64,000 nucleotides of DNA from a bacterium (GCA_965200245.1 CBDATS010000004.1:1120001-1184000), one strand, 5' to 3'. Shown: positions 30,197 to 40,289, counted from the first letter of the stretch. Made by a program: numbers and translations. Notes: generated from the letters alone by a model not told the origin.

Positions 30197-31342
30197 CTAC
30201 TTTTGCATCTTCATCATCGCCTTGAACTTCTTCAATTCCCTGGCGAAGTCGAAGTTCCTGGCGCGCTTGATGACCTCGTTGCGGTCGAAGTTGTTGACCT
30301 CATCAATCAGTTCGTTGGTGTAGAGGGATTTCACCTGGGCGTCGGTGAGCTTCTTGTCAAGACCCACGAATTTCACGTATTCGGCCCATTCTCCATCATG
30401 GTGCGCGCCGAACTTGTTGATCTTCTCATCATCGAGTTTCAGCTTAGGTGCGCGCGCCTTGAGCACCTTGATCATCAAGGCGGTGGCCTTCTCGTCACTC
30501 ATGCCCTTCGGCTTGGATTCGGGATAAAGCACCCAATGGATCTGGAGCGCGGCTTCTGGATTCGTGTAGAAGAAGAGACTCCCCTTCGCCAGGCCGCGCA
30601 GGAAGCCCACCACGGTGTCGCGGTTGTCCGCCAGGAACTTCTTGTTGATCCAAACGACGTTTCCGAAGAGGTTCTGCGTCCAGCCTTCCTGGTAGGGGAT
30701 CATATCGAACTTGAAACCGCGCGCCTTCGCCAGGGTGTACTGGATGTCCACGTTCGCCCAAGCGTCCACGCGGCCGAGCTTCATCGCCGTGGCGGCCTTG
30801 GAAACCGGCCCGACGGGGAGATACGTCACGTTTTGCTTGTCGGCGGGAATGCCGCAGGTCTCGAGCGCCTTGCGCACGAAGATGGGTCCGGAATCGCGCT
30901 GGCTCATGACGCCGACTTTCTTGCCCTGCAAGTCGCATACCGACTTGATCTTGCTGCCAGGCGGTACAGCCACGCCGTCTGCGTAGATGGCGTCTCTGTT
31001 CAGGATGTAGACACCCTTGACGGGAGGCATTTTCTTGCCGCGCGCAGCGCGGAAAAGAATCGGGATCGGCCTCGGCAGGCCGACGTGCGTGCGTCCCGAA
31101 AGCACCCAGCCCATCGCCTGGGCTCCGCCCTGGGCGGCGACGAACTGCGCGTCCACACCGCTTTCCTGGTAGTAGCCCAGGAAATTTCCGATCCAGAGAA
31201 ACGATATGCCCGGGTTGAAGAGCGGGTTGGCCATCGTCACCTTGATGTTCTTGAGTTTCCTGGCAGCCCCGGATGGGGTCGGCGTCGCAATGACGAGCGC
31301 AAACAGTGTCGCGACGACGAGTACGAGTCGGAATTTCTTCAT
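30197..31342 (-). CDS. NMT1/THI5/SsuA-like ABC substrate-binding protein
   Basis: Signal peptide, GYYQESGVD, IKSVCDLQGKKVG, FLRGLAKG, YTNELI; adjacent to permease and ATPase. Confidence 0.85.
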   Translation of the reverse strand: MKKFRLVLVVATLFALVIATPTPSGAARKLKNIKVTMANPLFNPGISFLWIGNFLGYYQESGVDAQFVAAQGGAQAMGWVLSGRTHVGLPRPIPILFRAARGKKMPPVKGVYILNRDAIYADGVAVPPGSKIKSVCDLQGKKVGVMSQRDSGPIFVRKALETCGIPADKQNVTYLPVGPVSKAATAMKLGRVDAWANVDIQYTLAKARGFKFDMIPYQEGWTQNLFGNVVWINKKFLADNRDTVVGFLRGLAKGSLFFYTNPEAALQIHWVLYPESKPKGMSDEKATALMIKVLKARAPKLKLDDEKINKFGAHHDGEWAEYVKFVGLDKKLTDAQVKSLYTNELIDEVNNFDRNEVIKRARNFDFARELKKFKAMMKMQK

Positions 31343-31370
31343 GAGAGTTTTCCTTCCTGAGAGTTATGGG

Positions 31371-32156
31371 TCAGCAAGAATCCTCTTCCTGATCCTCCAA
31401 TATCGCGACCGGTCGCACCCATGAGCCGCTCGCGTCCTTCACGTTGATCGGGAAACAGCATATCTTGAAACCGTACGGCCTCGGGATTGCCCCGATGTTG
31501 GCGATCTGCTCGATCTGGAAATATTCGCGCCGTCTGCCAAGGATGTGGTGGCACGGCATGAGCGACTCACGCTTACCCGCCTTGAACTCGGGCACCTGGA
31601 AGCTGAAGGGCCTGTCGAAACCGAATGCGTCGATGCCGATGACGCGCACGCCGCGATCGAGAAGATACTCCGTCGCCGGGATGCTCATTCCCGGGTGGAG
31701 TTCGGGATAATCGGGGCTGTTCCTGTGTTCATCGGTACCCGTCCACAGGAGCACGATGTCGCCTTCCTTGACCTCGTAGCCGATTTTGGCGAGGCAATCC
31801 ATTATATCCCCTTCGGTAATCCAGTCTCCCGTTTTCTTGTATCTCAAATCCAGCACCACGCCGTCGCCGTAGCACCACTCGAGCGGCACCCTGTCGATCT
31901 TGCGCGAGGGCTTGCCCGCCACGGTGGGGCCGTAGTGCCAGGGGGCGTCCATATGGGTGGCCGAGTGGGTGGATACGGTGACGAACTCGGCCGCCCCGCC
32001 CACGCCGTCATGAAGCTCCTCCATCGGGATATCCCAGCCCTTGGCCGAGCGCGCGCCGAATTCCTCATGGTCGAGGTAGGTGACCTCGGGTGGACGTGGT
32101 TCGTTCGAGCCGTTCATGATTGGGGTGCTGAGATCGATGAATCGCGTAGCGCACAT
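31371..32156 (-). CDS. Cyclase family (kynurenine formamidase-like) metal-dependent hydrolase
   Basis: IDLS, HSATHMDAPWH, GDIVLLWTG, VIGIDAFGFD, QIE...N, P....ASGSWVRPVA. Confidence 0.88.
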   Translation of the reverse strand: MCATRFIDLSTPIMNGSNEPRPPEVTYLDHEEFGARSAKGWDIPMEELHDGVGGAAEFVTVSTHSATHMDAPWHYGPTVAGKPSRKIDRVPLEWCYGDGVVLDLRYKKTGDWITEGDIMDCLAKIGYEVKEGDIVLLWTGTDEHRNSPDYPELHPGMSIPATEYLLDRGVRVIGIDAFGFDRPFSFQVPEFKAGKRESLMPCHHILGRRREYFQIEQIANIGAIPRPYGFKICCFPINVKDASGSWVRPVAILEDQEEDSC

Positions 32157-32197
32157 AACCTTTCCTTCGCTGGTTGAAAGTCGTTTCCCCAAACCGC

Positions 32198-33433
32198 CTA
32201 GACGACCCAGAGTTTCCTCTCCTGCGGGTAGATGAACTCATATCCGGTTTCGGTGACGACGACGGTTTTCTCTATCTGGGTTCCGCCCATGCCGAATATC
32301 TGGCAGGGGTTTTCCACGCATATCGTCGTGCCCGCCTCCAGCGGGAAATCGCTCGACTCCGGCAGGAACGGGCTTCCCTGCGGCGATGGGTCCGCGAGGA
32401 CGTAGGGAACTTCGCGCTGCTCCAGTCCAATGGCGTGGCCCGCGAAGTTGCCGTTGTGTTCGGGAAATCCTGCCGCGCGGGTGGCCTCGAGCATGGTCCG
32501 GAAGATGGTGGAGCCGAGCACACCCGCCCTGACCTTCGCCATCGCGGCCTCGAAGCCCTCTTCGGTCGCCTTCCAGAGGTCGAGCTGCGCCCTGGTCGGC
32601 TCACCCAGCACGCCCCCCCAGCCGGTGTCCCCCTGGTAGTTGTTCAGGACGACACCGGCATCGAACTTCCATATCTCGCCCCTGGCGATCTTCTTGTCCG
32701 TGGGCGGGAAGATGCCCGTCGCCCGGCGGCCCGAGCAGAAGTGGAACCATTGCCACTTGCCGCCCATGCGCCCGACTTCCGCCGCGAAGACCGACGCCAC
32801 TTCGCGCTCGGTCGCTCCCTCACGCACGGCGTTCGAGGCGGCGATTCCCGCCTTCTCGTTCACCTCGGCGGCGGCGGCGAGTGCGGCAATCTCATCGGGC
32901 GTCTTGACCATGCGGATCAGGCGGAAGAAATCCGCCGCGTCGGCGATTTCCGCATCCGGCAGTGCCGCCTCTATCTGGGCGCGCACGTTCGGCATCACGC
33001 GCTCCTGATCGAGTGCGAGGCGCCCCTTCGTGAGGCCGCGTGCCTCAAGCGCAATCCCCAGGGCTTCGCCCGGGTTCCTGCCGCGTTTCCCGTCGTCGTT
33101 GTACATGTCGAGGTAGGTTTCTTCCTCGGGGGTTCGAGCCTGCTCTCCGGGCGGCTGGATGAGAGCGCTCTTTCCGCCGAAGGTGTAGAGGTCCCTGATC
33201 CAGGACTGCTGGACCGAGACGTAGGTGACCTCCTGACCCGGCACGATGAGTGCGGGGGCGACTCCCTCGTCGCACGCGAAGACGGCGAACATGTGGACAG
33301 AATAGGCGTAGACCTTGTTCGACCAGCCCACGGTGCCCGCAAGATAGGTGACGTTCTCGGGCGTGCTGGCAATCATGGCGTCGAAGCCGAAATCGGCCAT
33401 CAGCCCCCGCGCGCGATCCGCGTTCAGATACAT
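32198..33433 (-). CDS. M24 family (Xaa-Pro peptidase / creatinase-like) hydrolase
   Basis: PENVTYLAG, RMVKTPDEI, D.G....YQGD, GHAIGL, VENP, QIEKTVVVT; GGGAGG RBS. Confidence 0.88.
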   Translation of the reverse strand: MYLNADRARGLMADFGFDAMIASTPENVTYLAGTVGWSNKVYAYSVHMFAVFACDEGVAPALIVPGQEVTYVSVQQSWIRDLYTFGGKSALIQPPGEQARTPEEETYLDMYNDDGKRGRNPGEALGIALEARGLTKGRLALDQERVMPNVRAQIEAALPDAEIADAADFFRLIRMVKTPDEIAALAAAAEVNEKAGIAASNAVREGATEREVASVFAAEVGRMGGKWQWFHFCSGRRATGIFPPTDKKIARGEIWKFDAGVVLNNYQGDTGWGGVLGEPTRAQLDLWKATEEGFEAAMAKVRAGVLGSTIFRTMLEATRAAGFPEHNGNFAGHAIGLEQREVPYVLADPSPQGSPFLPESSDFPLEAGTTICVENPCQIFGMGGTQIEKTVVVTETGYEFIYPQERKLWVV

Positions 33434-33539
33434 TGTGCCTCCCTCAATCCTCAGGGGATACGGTAGACGCCGAGGCTTCCCCGTCAGGAACCCGGCGATT
33501 CCGGGCGATCCGCGTTATGTCGATAGCGGATAGCCTATC

Positions 33540-34830
33540 AAATCGACTGGGTAGTGAAAAGAGAAGCGAGGGTTCAGTGGTACGCAGTAGGTTAACTGAT
33601 AATCGTTTAATTCAGGGCATATTCAGTATATAGCAAAGATTGGAGACACCAGACAGGAATTAATCGGGATATCTTTCCCCAGTATTAATAAGATACTTAT
33701 AACTCTTACATCTCCTCGTCGTCGCGTATTTGTCGCAGGACCTTACCCTCGTACTTCCACGAATCAGGGCCGCTTACAGCTTGCCAATTCTTGCCCGTAT
33801 CGAGAAGCACGCTATTAGCGGCGTCAGACAGGCTGGTAGTTTTCCCCTTGAACATTACCTTCGAGTCGTTCACGACTTCGCAGGTTACTTTTTCGTCCCA
33901 TACCGACGTTAGAGTTGAACCGGGTTTGATGCCAACCATATTGAATTTGAAATTTTCTCGCCTATTTTTGAAGCCACCGTCATTGACATCTTCTTTCGGG
34001 GCAACATCCTTTATCCCGAACTGTTCAAGAATGGCGATTGGTTGATGGGGCGAGATTTCGAAGAACTCACGATTGGGCCTCACGCGTCGGTCCTCGAACG
34101 CTTGGTGTAGCGTTGACTCGACCTCCTTGGCATCTTGAAATTCCCACGCAGCGACGCAATCAAAGGGGTGCGGTACACCAGTGGAGTCTAATTCACGAAG
34201 TCGGTTTTTGATGGTTTTTTTAGTCTTGCCAATTTTCACGAGACCCGGCATTGTCGGGTTTGTCAGAACGTAAACGATTTCCATTTTACCTTTCCTTGGG
34301 CGCTAGTTCGGCTAAGGGGGTGTAAGCACTCTTGAGGGTCTTGGTATGTGGTAAGTACAAAGGGAGCAATGCAATAGGGGGTCATCAGGACAAGTTGAAC
34401 TCTCCAACCATTTTGAACACGGTGACACCATCAAGGAACAGGCACATCAACTTGATCAGTCTCACATCTTCTCTATCGCTCTTACCCAGACCTTTCTTCT
34501 CTTCTGATATCCTTTCACTTACTTTCGTTCATGCTACCAGAGTTTGTAATTTTTGCATATTATTCCCAATCTATATCATAATCGCCCAGAACTACATCTT
34601 GTGGTGGTTTATCCACGTTGTGATTAGCCCCGAATCAGAATATGGTGGCCGGTTCTTCAAGGGCGTAGTCACGGTTTTTGCTTTCTGATTGATTCCCACC
34701 AATAGCGGGGGTTCTTGGACCTGTCGGAGAGGGTCTACGCTCATGGGTTAACTTGATTTGTACCTGAGCGCATTGCACTAAGATTCAGTCCGAAAAATTT
34801 CAGCTACCCTTGCATTAGTGCGCAGTGGCG
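33540..34830. other. Low-GC islet, probably horizontally acquired (approximate boundaries)
   Basis: Visibly more AT-rich than the flanks; carries a nuclease gene and degraded ORF fragments. Confidence 0.6.
33706..34284 (-). CDS. GIY-YIG nuclease family protein (T5orf172/MUG113 type) with RAMA/DUF4357-like C-terminal domain
   Basis: VYVLTNPTMPGLVKIGKT...RLREL..TGVP.PF...E..LH..F...R..PNREFF; C-terminal F.G...SLS.AA.......SGP..W. Confidence 0.8.
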   Translation of the reverse strand: MEIVYVLTNPTMPGLVKIGKTKKTIKNRLRELDSTGVPHPFDCVAAWEFQDAKEVESTLHQAFEDRRVRPNREFFEISPHQPIAILEQFGIKDVAPKEDVNDGGFKNRRENFKFNMVGIKPGSTLTSVWDEKVTCEVVNDSKVMFKGKTTSLSDAANSVLLDTGKNWQAVSGPDSWKYEGKVLRQIRDDEEM

Positions 34831-34979
34831 GGCCGGGTTACAGGGTTCGGAGGTAGTTCATCTTCCGTGAAGAATTTGGGCCCAGGCCCAAAATTGACGC
34901 AGCCCGTCAAAGGTCATAGAGTGGACCATAATGGTTCTTGGGAAGAGTCCTGCAAACGCCTTTCGCGCGAGGAATCGTC

Positions 34980-35495
34980 ATGACGACTTTCCTGCAGACG
35001 CTCATCCGTCCCGACAGGGAGGAAAGCGGCCAGCGCGCCGAAGTCGCCAAGGCGGCGAGCCTGCTCCAGGTGGGGGAATTCCAGTTCCTCCAGCTCGCCT
35101 ACAGCGAATGGCACGGGGAGGAAATGTCCGAAGAACTCATCAACAACCTGTTCATGTCCTACATGCTCTATGATCAGGTGCCTTGCTGGGCGCGCCACCA
35201 CGCTCACCAGATACTGGCTCTGGACAAACGAGGCGAGTTGAACGAGAACGACCCCGCCTATCACAGGTACGACAAGGATTACGGCAAAAGGTTTCCCGGG
35301 GACATCAAGCGATTCATCGTGACCGCCACCCTCATGGTGTCGATCATGACCGGAATCGTCTGGCTCAGTCACCTCGTAGCCGGGGAGAGCACCTCTTTCC
35401 TGCCTCCCTATTTCGAGAAAAAAGAATTGAAGAAGATGGGGAAAGAGCGCAAGATCGAGGACACATCCCTGACTACGGGCCGTTACAGCAGATAG
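34980..35495 (+). CDS. Hypothetical membrane-anchored protein
   Basis: Genome-typical codon usage, GAGGA RBS, one TM segment near the C-terminus. Confidence 0.65.
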   Translation: MTTFLQTLIRPDREESGQRAEVAKAASLLQVGEFQFLQLAYSEWHGEEMSEELINNLFMSYMLYDQVPCWARHHAHQILALDKRGELNENDPAYHRYDKDYGKRFPGDIKRFIVTATLMVSIMTGIVWLSHLVAGESTSFLPPYFEKKELKKMGKERKIEDTSLTTGRYSR

Positions 35496-35524
35496 AGAGG
35501 ATTCCCTACAGAACCGAGGCCGAC

Positions 35525-35725
35525 ATGTTCGATTTCGCAGGCGAGAATCAACAGGCCGTAAACTTCATCTTCCTGTTCGTCACGGGATTCATCGCCATCA
35601 AGGCGATCCGCACGAAAAATCCCGACGGCGGATCCGATTTCGTGCACCTGCTCTTCGGCTGCATCGCCGCGGTGTTCTTCTTTCTGGTCCTGTTCCAGGA
35701 CGTGCTCAACATCGTGCGCTTCTAG
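35525..35725 (+). CDS. Small two-TM membrane protein (66 aa)
   Basis: MFDFAGENQQAVNFIFLFVTGFIAIKAIR...HLLFGCIAAVFFFLVLFQDVLNIVRF after GAGG RBS. Confidence 0.65.
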   Translation: MFDFAGENQQAVNFIFLFVTGFIAIKAIRTKNPDGGSDFVHLLFGCIAAVFFFLVLFQDVLNIVRF

Positions 35726-35768
35726 ACTGCAACTCCTTCAAATTTGCAGAAACGCTCCTCCCGAAAGC

Positions 35769-36383
35769 TCAGGGCTTGTACATCCGCTGTGCCCTGTCGA
35801 TTTCCGGAACGCGGAGCAGGCGTTTTTCCGGCGGGAGGATGAGTTGTTCTTTCAGATAAATCGCGCGTTTGCGCACGGTGGATGGATTCGGCGTGCCGTA
35901 GATCACCTTGTCGATGATCCCGGGTCCGTCAACCGCCCCCCAGTCGGCCCTGAGCGCCTCGACGTAATCGGCGAGCGCCTCCCTGTAACGGCCTCGCCTG
36001 TCATGGACGATGCCCCGGTTGGCGTAGGCCGCCGCCATGACGCCTCCGCCCGTCGGGTCGTCGGGTTTCAGGTTTTTCTTGAGATAGTCGATCAGGTAGG
36101 TGAGCTCGGCCAAGGCCTTGTCGTATTGCTTCGTCTGGATAAACACAAGCGCGCGTCCCATCAGCGCGCCGCGGTGATTGGGCCGTTCGTGCAGCGCCCG
36201 GTTGAAACTCGCCAGAGCCTCCTCGTAGTTCCCCTCGGTCAGGCGGATGTCACCCTCCCTGGTGGCGTAATCCCCGGGAGCTTCATTGGCGTACATCGCC
36301 CACAACGCCCACAGGGAGAACATGACGAAGATGAGAATCGCCATGTTCTTGATGAAGCGCTTGAGCACACGCGGGTTCATCAT
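35769..36383 (-). CDS. Membrane-anchored tetratricopeptide repeat protein
   Basis: N-terminal TM, GNYEEALASFNRAL, AAYANRGIVH...YREALADY; ATGA overlap with the upstream gene. Confidence 0.82.
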   Translation of the reverse strand: MMNPRVLKRFIKNMAILIFVMFSLWALWAMYANEAPGDYATREGDIRLTEGNYEEALASFNRALHERPNHRGALMGRALVFIQTKQYDKALAELTYLIDYLKKNLKPDDPTGGGVMAAAYANRGIVHDRRGRYREALADYVEALRADWGAVDGPGIIDKVIYGTPNPSTVRKRAIYLKEQLILPPEKRLLRVPEIDRAQRMYKP

Positions 36384-36619
36384 GGTCCCCGGAAAAGAAA
36401 ATTCATGTAGAAGTAGGAGAACACGAAGCAAAGCAGCACCGCCGTCACCCCCGCGCGCTTCTTCAGTGCGAGACGCTCTTCGTCTGACGTCTCCACTCCA
36501 TCTCTCTCCGCGCGCCTGACGTAGAGCACCCAGATGAGTTGGCGCACCGGCAGAAACAGCGCGGTGCCCAGCGCAAGCACCCAGAGGAGGACATATCTGG
36601 CGGTGAACAATTCAGCCAT
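36380..36619 (-). CDS. Small two-TM membrane protein
   Basis: 79 aa, two hydrophobic segments, translationally coupled to the TPR gene. Confidence 0.7.
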   Translation of the reverse strand: MAELFTARYVLLWVLALGTALFLPVRQLIWVLYVRRAERDGVETSDEERLALKKRAGVTAVLLCFVFSYFYMNFLFRGP

Positions 36620-36654
36620 CGGGGCGTTCAGTCACAAGGGCAGCGAAAAACAAC

Positions 36655-36684
36655 ACGGGGGAGGAGTTCACACCCCTCCCCCGT
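36655..36684 (-). terminator. Terminator-like hairpin after the SSS symporter gene
   Basis: ACGGGGGAGG / CCTCCCCCGT stem, followed on the minus strand by GTTGTTTTT. Confidence 0.5.
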
Positions 36685-36719
36685 ATGGCGATACCTGAAT
36701 CATCGCGGTTCGTCCAGGA

Positions 36720-38687
36720 CTACCTTGCCTGTTGCGCAGCCACGTCGCCGATATCCTCCACGAGTGCCTCGATTTCCCTTTCAGGCACGGTGGACATCTC
36801 CATCTTGTAGGCGAGCAGCCACATCATACCCACGCCAAGGGCCCAGAAGAGAATCTGCCAGGCCCATATCGAGGGCATGCCGAATATCCACCCCGCCGGG
36901 CCCGCGTTCGGGGCGCCGAAAATCCAGTTGCCGATGACGGCGCCCGGTCCGATGCCGAAGAACATCCAGGCCAGCGTGACGGCCCACGCCATGGGGACGA
37001 GGCCCTGTTTCTGAGGCGAGAGCGAAGCATGCTCGGCCAGGAAGTCGTGATACTTCTGCCGGTGAGCCGCCGCTGCCGCATCCTGCGTATTTGTGGAGAT
37101 GATCCAGCACACCGCCACGTTGAAGATGATGCCCCAGCCTGCAGAGTGAATCGTCCACGGCCAGCGGCCCCAGATGTCGATGCCGATACCATTCAGGATG
37201 GTGAGGCCGAAGTTCTCCGTGAAGATGACAGCCAGCAGACCCGCCGCCAGGCCCCACGTGACACCTTGCCCGGTAATCTTCGGCATCCAGCACACCGCCG
37301 CCAGTGCCGGCCACATCTGGAAGCCGAAGGCGACGGCGAGTCCTCCAAGCAACACGAGGGCATCCCTCGAGAACGTCGCCACCAGAAGCGCCGCGACGAC
37401 GATGAATACGACGCCTATCCGGCCTGCGACCTTTTGTGTGTCATGCGAGGCGCCGGGGTTCAGATATCTCTTGTACAGATCGCGGGTAAGCATGCCGCCC
37501 GCCGTGGACATGTATGCCGCACCCGTGGACTGCATGGCGGCCAGGGCACATACGGCCAGCAGTCCGACCAGCCACGGCGCCGCATCCGCAATGTAGTTGA
37601 AGTAGTGCGGTACCAGAGAGTCGGGTTTTTTCGCGATGGCTCCCGTGAGTACGTCCGTCATCGCCAGTCCCGCCTTCGTGACCGCGGGGTTTGCGCCGAG
37701 CAGGTGTGCACCCATTCCCTGGGACGCGGTGAAGAAGAACAGGATAAACCCGATACCCGCCGAGGAAGCCCACACCTGCTGGGGTGCAAAGGGGCGCGGG
37801 TTGTTGTTCGAGAACGCCCACATCGAGAACGCGGGGGAAGACTGAATCCCCATGAGCGCGAACATGTAGGTCAGGCACATGATGCCCGTCCACAAACCGC
37901 CCACGGGCGTCTGCTTGCCCAGGCCCGCCGTGAACTGGATGACACCCGGAATGGCGAAATAGGCGTTATAGTCGCCGCCGCCGTATCCTTTCGTCGTCCC
38001 CCACTGGCCCACCGAAGAGGCCGCCAGCTTGGCAAGGCCCGTGTTCAGGGAACCCCATCCGCCGGCGATGCTCAGCGCGATGCATCCGGTAATTATGATG
38101 CCCAGCGCGAGAAGAATGCATTGCAGCGTATCCACGTAGGCAACGGCGCGCAGACCCCCGGCTGCCACGTAGATGAGCACGACCGCCGAGAGCAGCCACA
38201 TGCCCACGTTGACGCTGAAGAGACCGTCGGTCAGCACGTTGAACAGGAAGCCCGAAGCCCCGAGTTGGACGCCGAGGTAGGGAATCGAAAACAACATGGC
38301 CACGATCACCGTGAGTATGCGGATGGCGTCGCCCTGAAAGTAGTCGGCGAACATTTCACCGGGTGTGACATATCCATAGCGCTTGCCCAGCATCCACTGG
38401 CGCTTCAGGAATATCACCCCGGTAAAGGGAATGGTGATGGTGTAGAAAGATGCATAGGCGTACTGGAACCCGTCTCGATAGATGAGTCCCGGGTGTCCCA
38501 TGAACGTCCATCCCGAAAATGACGTCGCCGTCGCCGCCAGGACGAACACCCACATCGATAGCTGGCGACCCGCAATGAAGTAGTCACCCGCCGTTCTTGC
38601 CATCCTCGCGCACTTGATGCCCCAGAAAATACAGTAGGCCCAATAGAGCACGACGAAGGCGAACAGCCAGAAAATCTTCGCATTCAT
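36720..38687 (-). CDS. Sodium:solute symporter (SSS) family protein
   Basis: DYFIAGR, ATSFSGWTFMGHPG, GGLRAVAYVD.LQ, LAAMQST, RDLY; AGGAGG RBS before MNAK. Confidence 0.92.
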   Translation of the reverse strand: MNAKIFWLFAFVVLYWAYCIFWGIKCARMARTAGDYFIAGRQLSMWVFVLAATATSFSGWTFMGHPGLIYRDGFQYAYASFYTITIPFTGVIFLKRQWMLGKRYGYVTPGEMFADYFQGDAIRILTVIVAMLFSIPYLGVQLGASGFLFNVLTDGLFSVNVGMWLLSAVVLIYVAAGGLRAVAYVDTLQCILLALGIIITGCIALSIAGGWGSLNTGLAKLAASSVGQWGTTKGYGGGDYNAYFAIPGVIQFTAGLGKQTPVGGLWTGIMCLTYMFALMGIQSSPAFSMWAFSNNNPRPFAPQQVWASSAGIGFILFFFTASQGMGAHLLGANPAVTKAGLAMTDVLTGAIAKKPDSLVPHYFNYIADAAPWLVGLLAVCALAAMQSTGAAYMSTAGGMLTRDLYKRYLNPGASHDTQKVAGRIGVVFIVVAALLVATFSRDALVLLGGLAVAFGFQMWPALAAVCWMPKITGQGVTWGLAAGLLAVIFTENFGLTILNGIGIDIWGRWPWTIHSAGWGIIFNVAVCWIISTNTQDAAAAAHRQKYHDFLAEHASLSPQKQGLVPMAWAVTLAWMFFGIGPGAVIGNWIFGAPNAGPAGWIFGMPSIWAWQILFWALGVGMMWLLAYKMEMSTVPEREIEALVEDIGDVAAQQAR

Positions 38688-39186
38688 ATAGACGCCTCCT
38701 TGTTTGGAAAACAGCCCAATATGCCGTACATCATGAATGCGGGACCCGAGCCCCAAATCCCGCGCCGCATGCATTGAGTATCTTCCGGCAAAAATTCCTG
38801 CCTCATGATGGAAACAATTCAAACATCACAGGTCGAAATCTTCATTGGCGCACATATAAATACTTTCGTTTATATGCCCTTGATTGTAACCTTTTCCTGA
38901 CAAAAAGCAAAATACCAAAAATCGGGGCACCTCTGCGAAATCCTCCATACAGGCGTTATTTCCAGCAAAAACAATCGTTTCATATGGAAGCATCCGGCAA
39001 AAGATTTTCCGGGCAAAAGGTTCCGTTTCCCGGGTGGATTTGGTGAAATCCGAATCCTGAACCAGGTAAAGGAGACGAGGCCCGAAACCGACAATGGACA
39101 TCCGCCGGACCAATGAAGGATATGGAGGTGGGGCTAGGGGAGGATAAGGAAGGGAACTTCCCCGATATCCAATGGAATGCCTGAAC

Positions 39187-39217
39187 CAAAAAGGCCGGGG
39201 CAGTGTGGCCCCGGCCT
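39187..39217 (-). terminator. Intrinsic terminator of tRNA-Arg
   Basis: AGGCCGGGGC / GCCCCGGCCT stem with a U-tract on the minus strand. Confidence 0.75.
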
Positions 39218-39228
39218 CTCGTTTTGTA

Positions 39229-39305
<77 letters not shown>

Positions 39306-39620
39306 GCTCCTGTCTCTTTCCCTTATAGCCCGCAAGACGGGCACCATGCAAACAAAAGCGGGGAAACTACCCCTTCCCGGAAACAGGGTCAAGAGGGCGC
39401 AGAATGCGCGGCAGGTTCCATCCATCCCCACCTCGATTCCGGCCCGGACACCCCTGTACTTCATACGAATTATTTTTCACGCGCGCGCTTGAAAACGCAC
39501 CCTCCTATCCTTTAGACTTCCCCTGCGGTTTTGGGGAAACAATACATTTTTTCGCGGTTTCGGGAGTTGCGGTTGTGCGCTTCGCCCTGTCGCACTATGG
39601 CCCGGAGGATACGCTTCATC

Positions 39621-40289
39621 ATGATGAGTTGGCTCCCGGAGAATATTTCTATCGAAGGAGAGGAAATCGATTTTCTCTTCTACATCTCCTACTACCTGAC
39701 GGCGATCGTCTTCATTCTGGTCACCGTCGTCATGGCGTATTTCATCATCAAATACCGCGCCAGGCCGGGCGTGAAGGCGAAATACACGCACGGCAACAAC
39801 ATTCTGGAAATTCTCTGGACGGTAATCCCTTCATTCATTCTGCTCGTTTTCATTCTGATGACGCAGACCTCCTGGGCAAAGCTCAAGCTGGCCATTCCCC
39901 AGAACCCGCCCGTGCGCGTCGAGGTGACCGGCAAGCAGTTCAACTGGATCGTCCGATATCCCGGAGACGACGGCAAGTTCGGCACCAAGGACGACTTGGT
40001 ACTCGACAACCAGTTGAACGTCCCGGTGAACAAGCAGGTGTTCATCGCTCTCAAGGGCGCCGACGTCATCCACAGTTTCTTCATACCCCAGGCCCGCATG
40101 AAGCAGGACGTGGTTCCGGGCCGAACGATTCCGCTGTGGTTCACGCCGACCAAGGTGGGTAAATTTGAAATCCCGTGCGCGGAACTTTGCGGCTTCGGGC
40201 ATTCCGGCATGAACGGAGAGTTCATCGTCCACTCCGAGGCGGACTACGCGAAGTGGCGCAAGAAGGCATGGGAAGAGAAAGACAAGTAA
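39621..40289 (+). CDS. coxB: Cytochrome c oxidase subunit II (CuA, no fused cytochrome c)
   Basis: LEILWT, DVIHSF, CAELCGFGHSGM. Confidence 0.95.
   Translation: MMSWLPENISIEGEEIDFLFYISYYLTAIVFILVTVVMAYFIIKYRARPGVKAKYTHGNNILEILWTVIPSFILLVFILMTQTSWAKLKLAIPQNPPVRVEVTGKQFNWIVRYPGDDGKFGTKDDLVLDNQLNVPVNKQVFIALKGADVIHSFFIPQARMKQDVVPGRTIPLWFTPTKVGKFEIPCAELCGFGHSGMNGEFIVHSEADYAKWRKKAWEEKDK

Noticed and set aside
33519-33547. Nested inverted repeats (GTCGAT...ATCGAC, GATAG/CTATC) upstream of the catabolic operon as an operator
   Set aside because: The arms are short, no cognate regulator is in view, and the pattern cannot be distinguished from chance.
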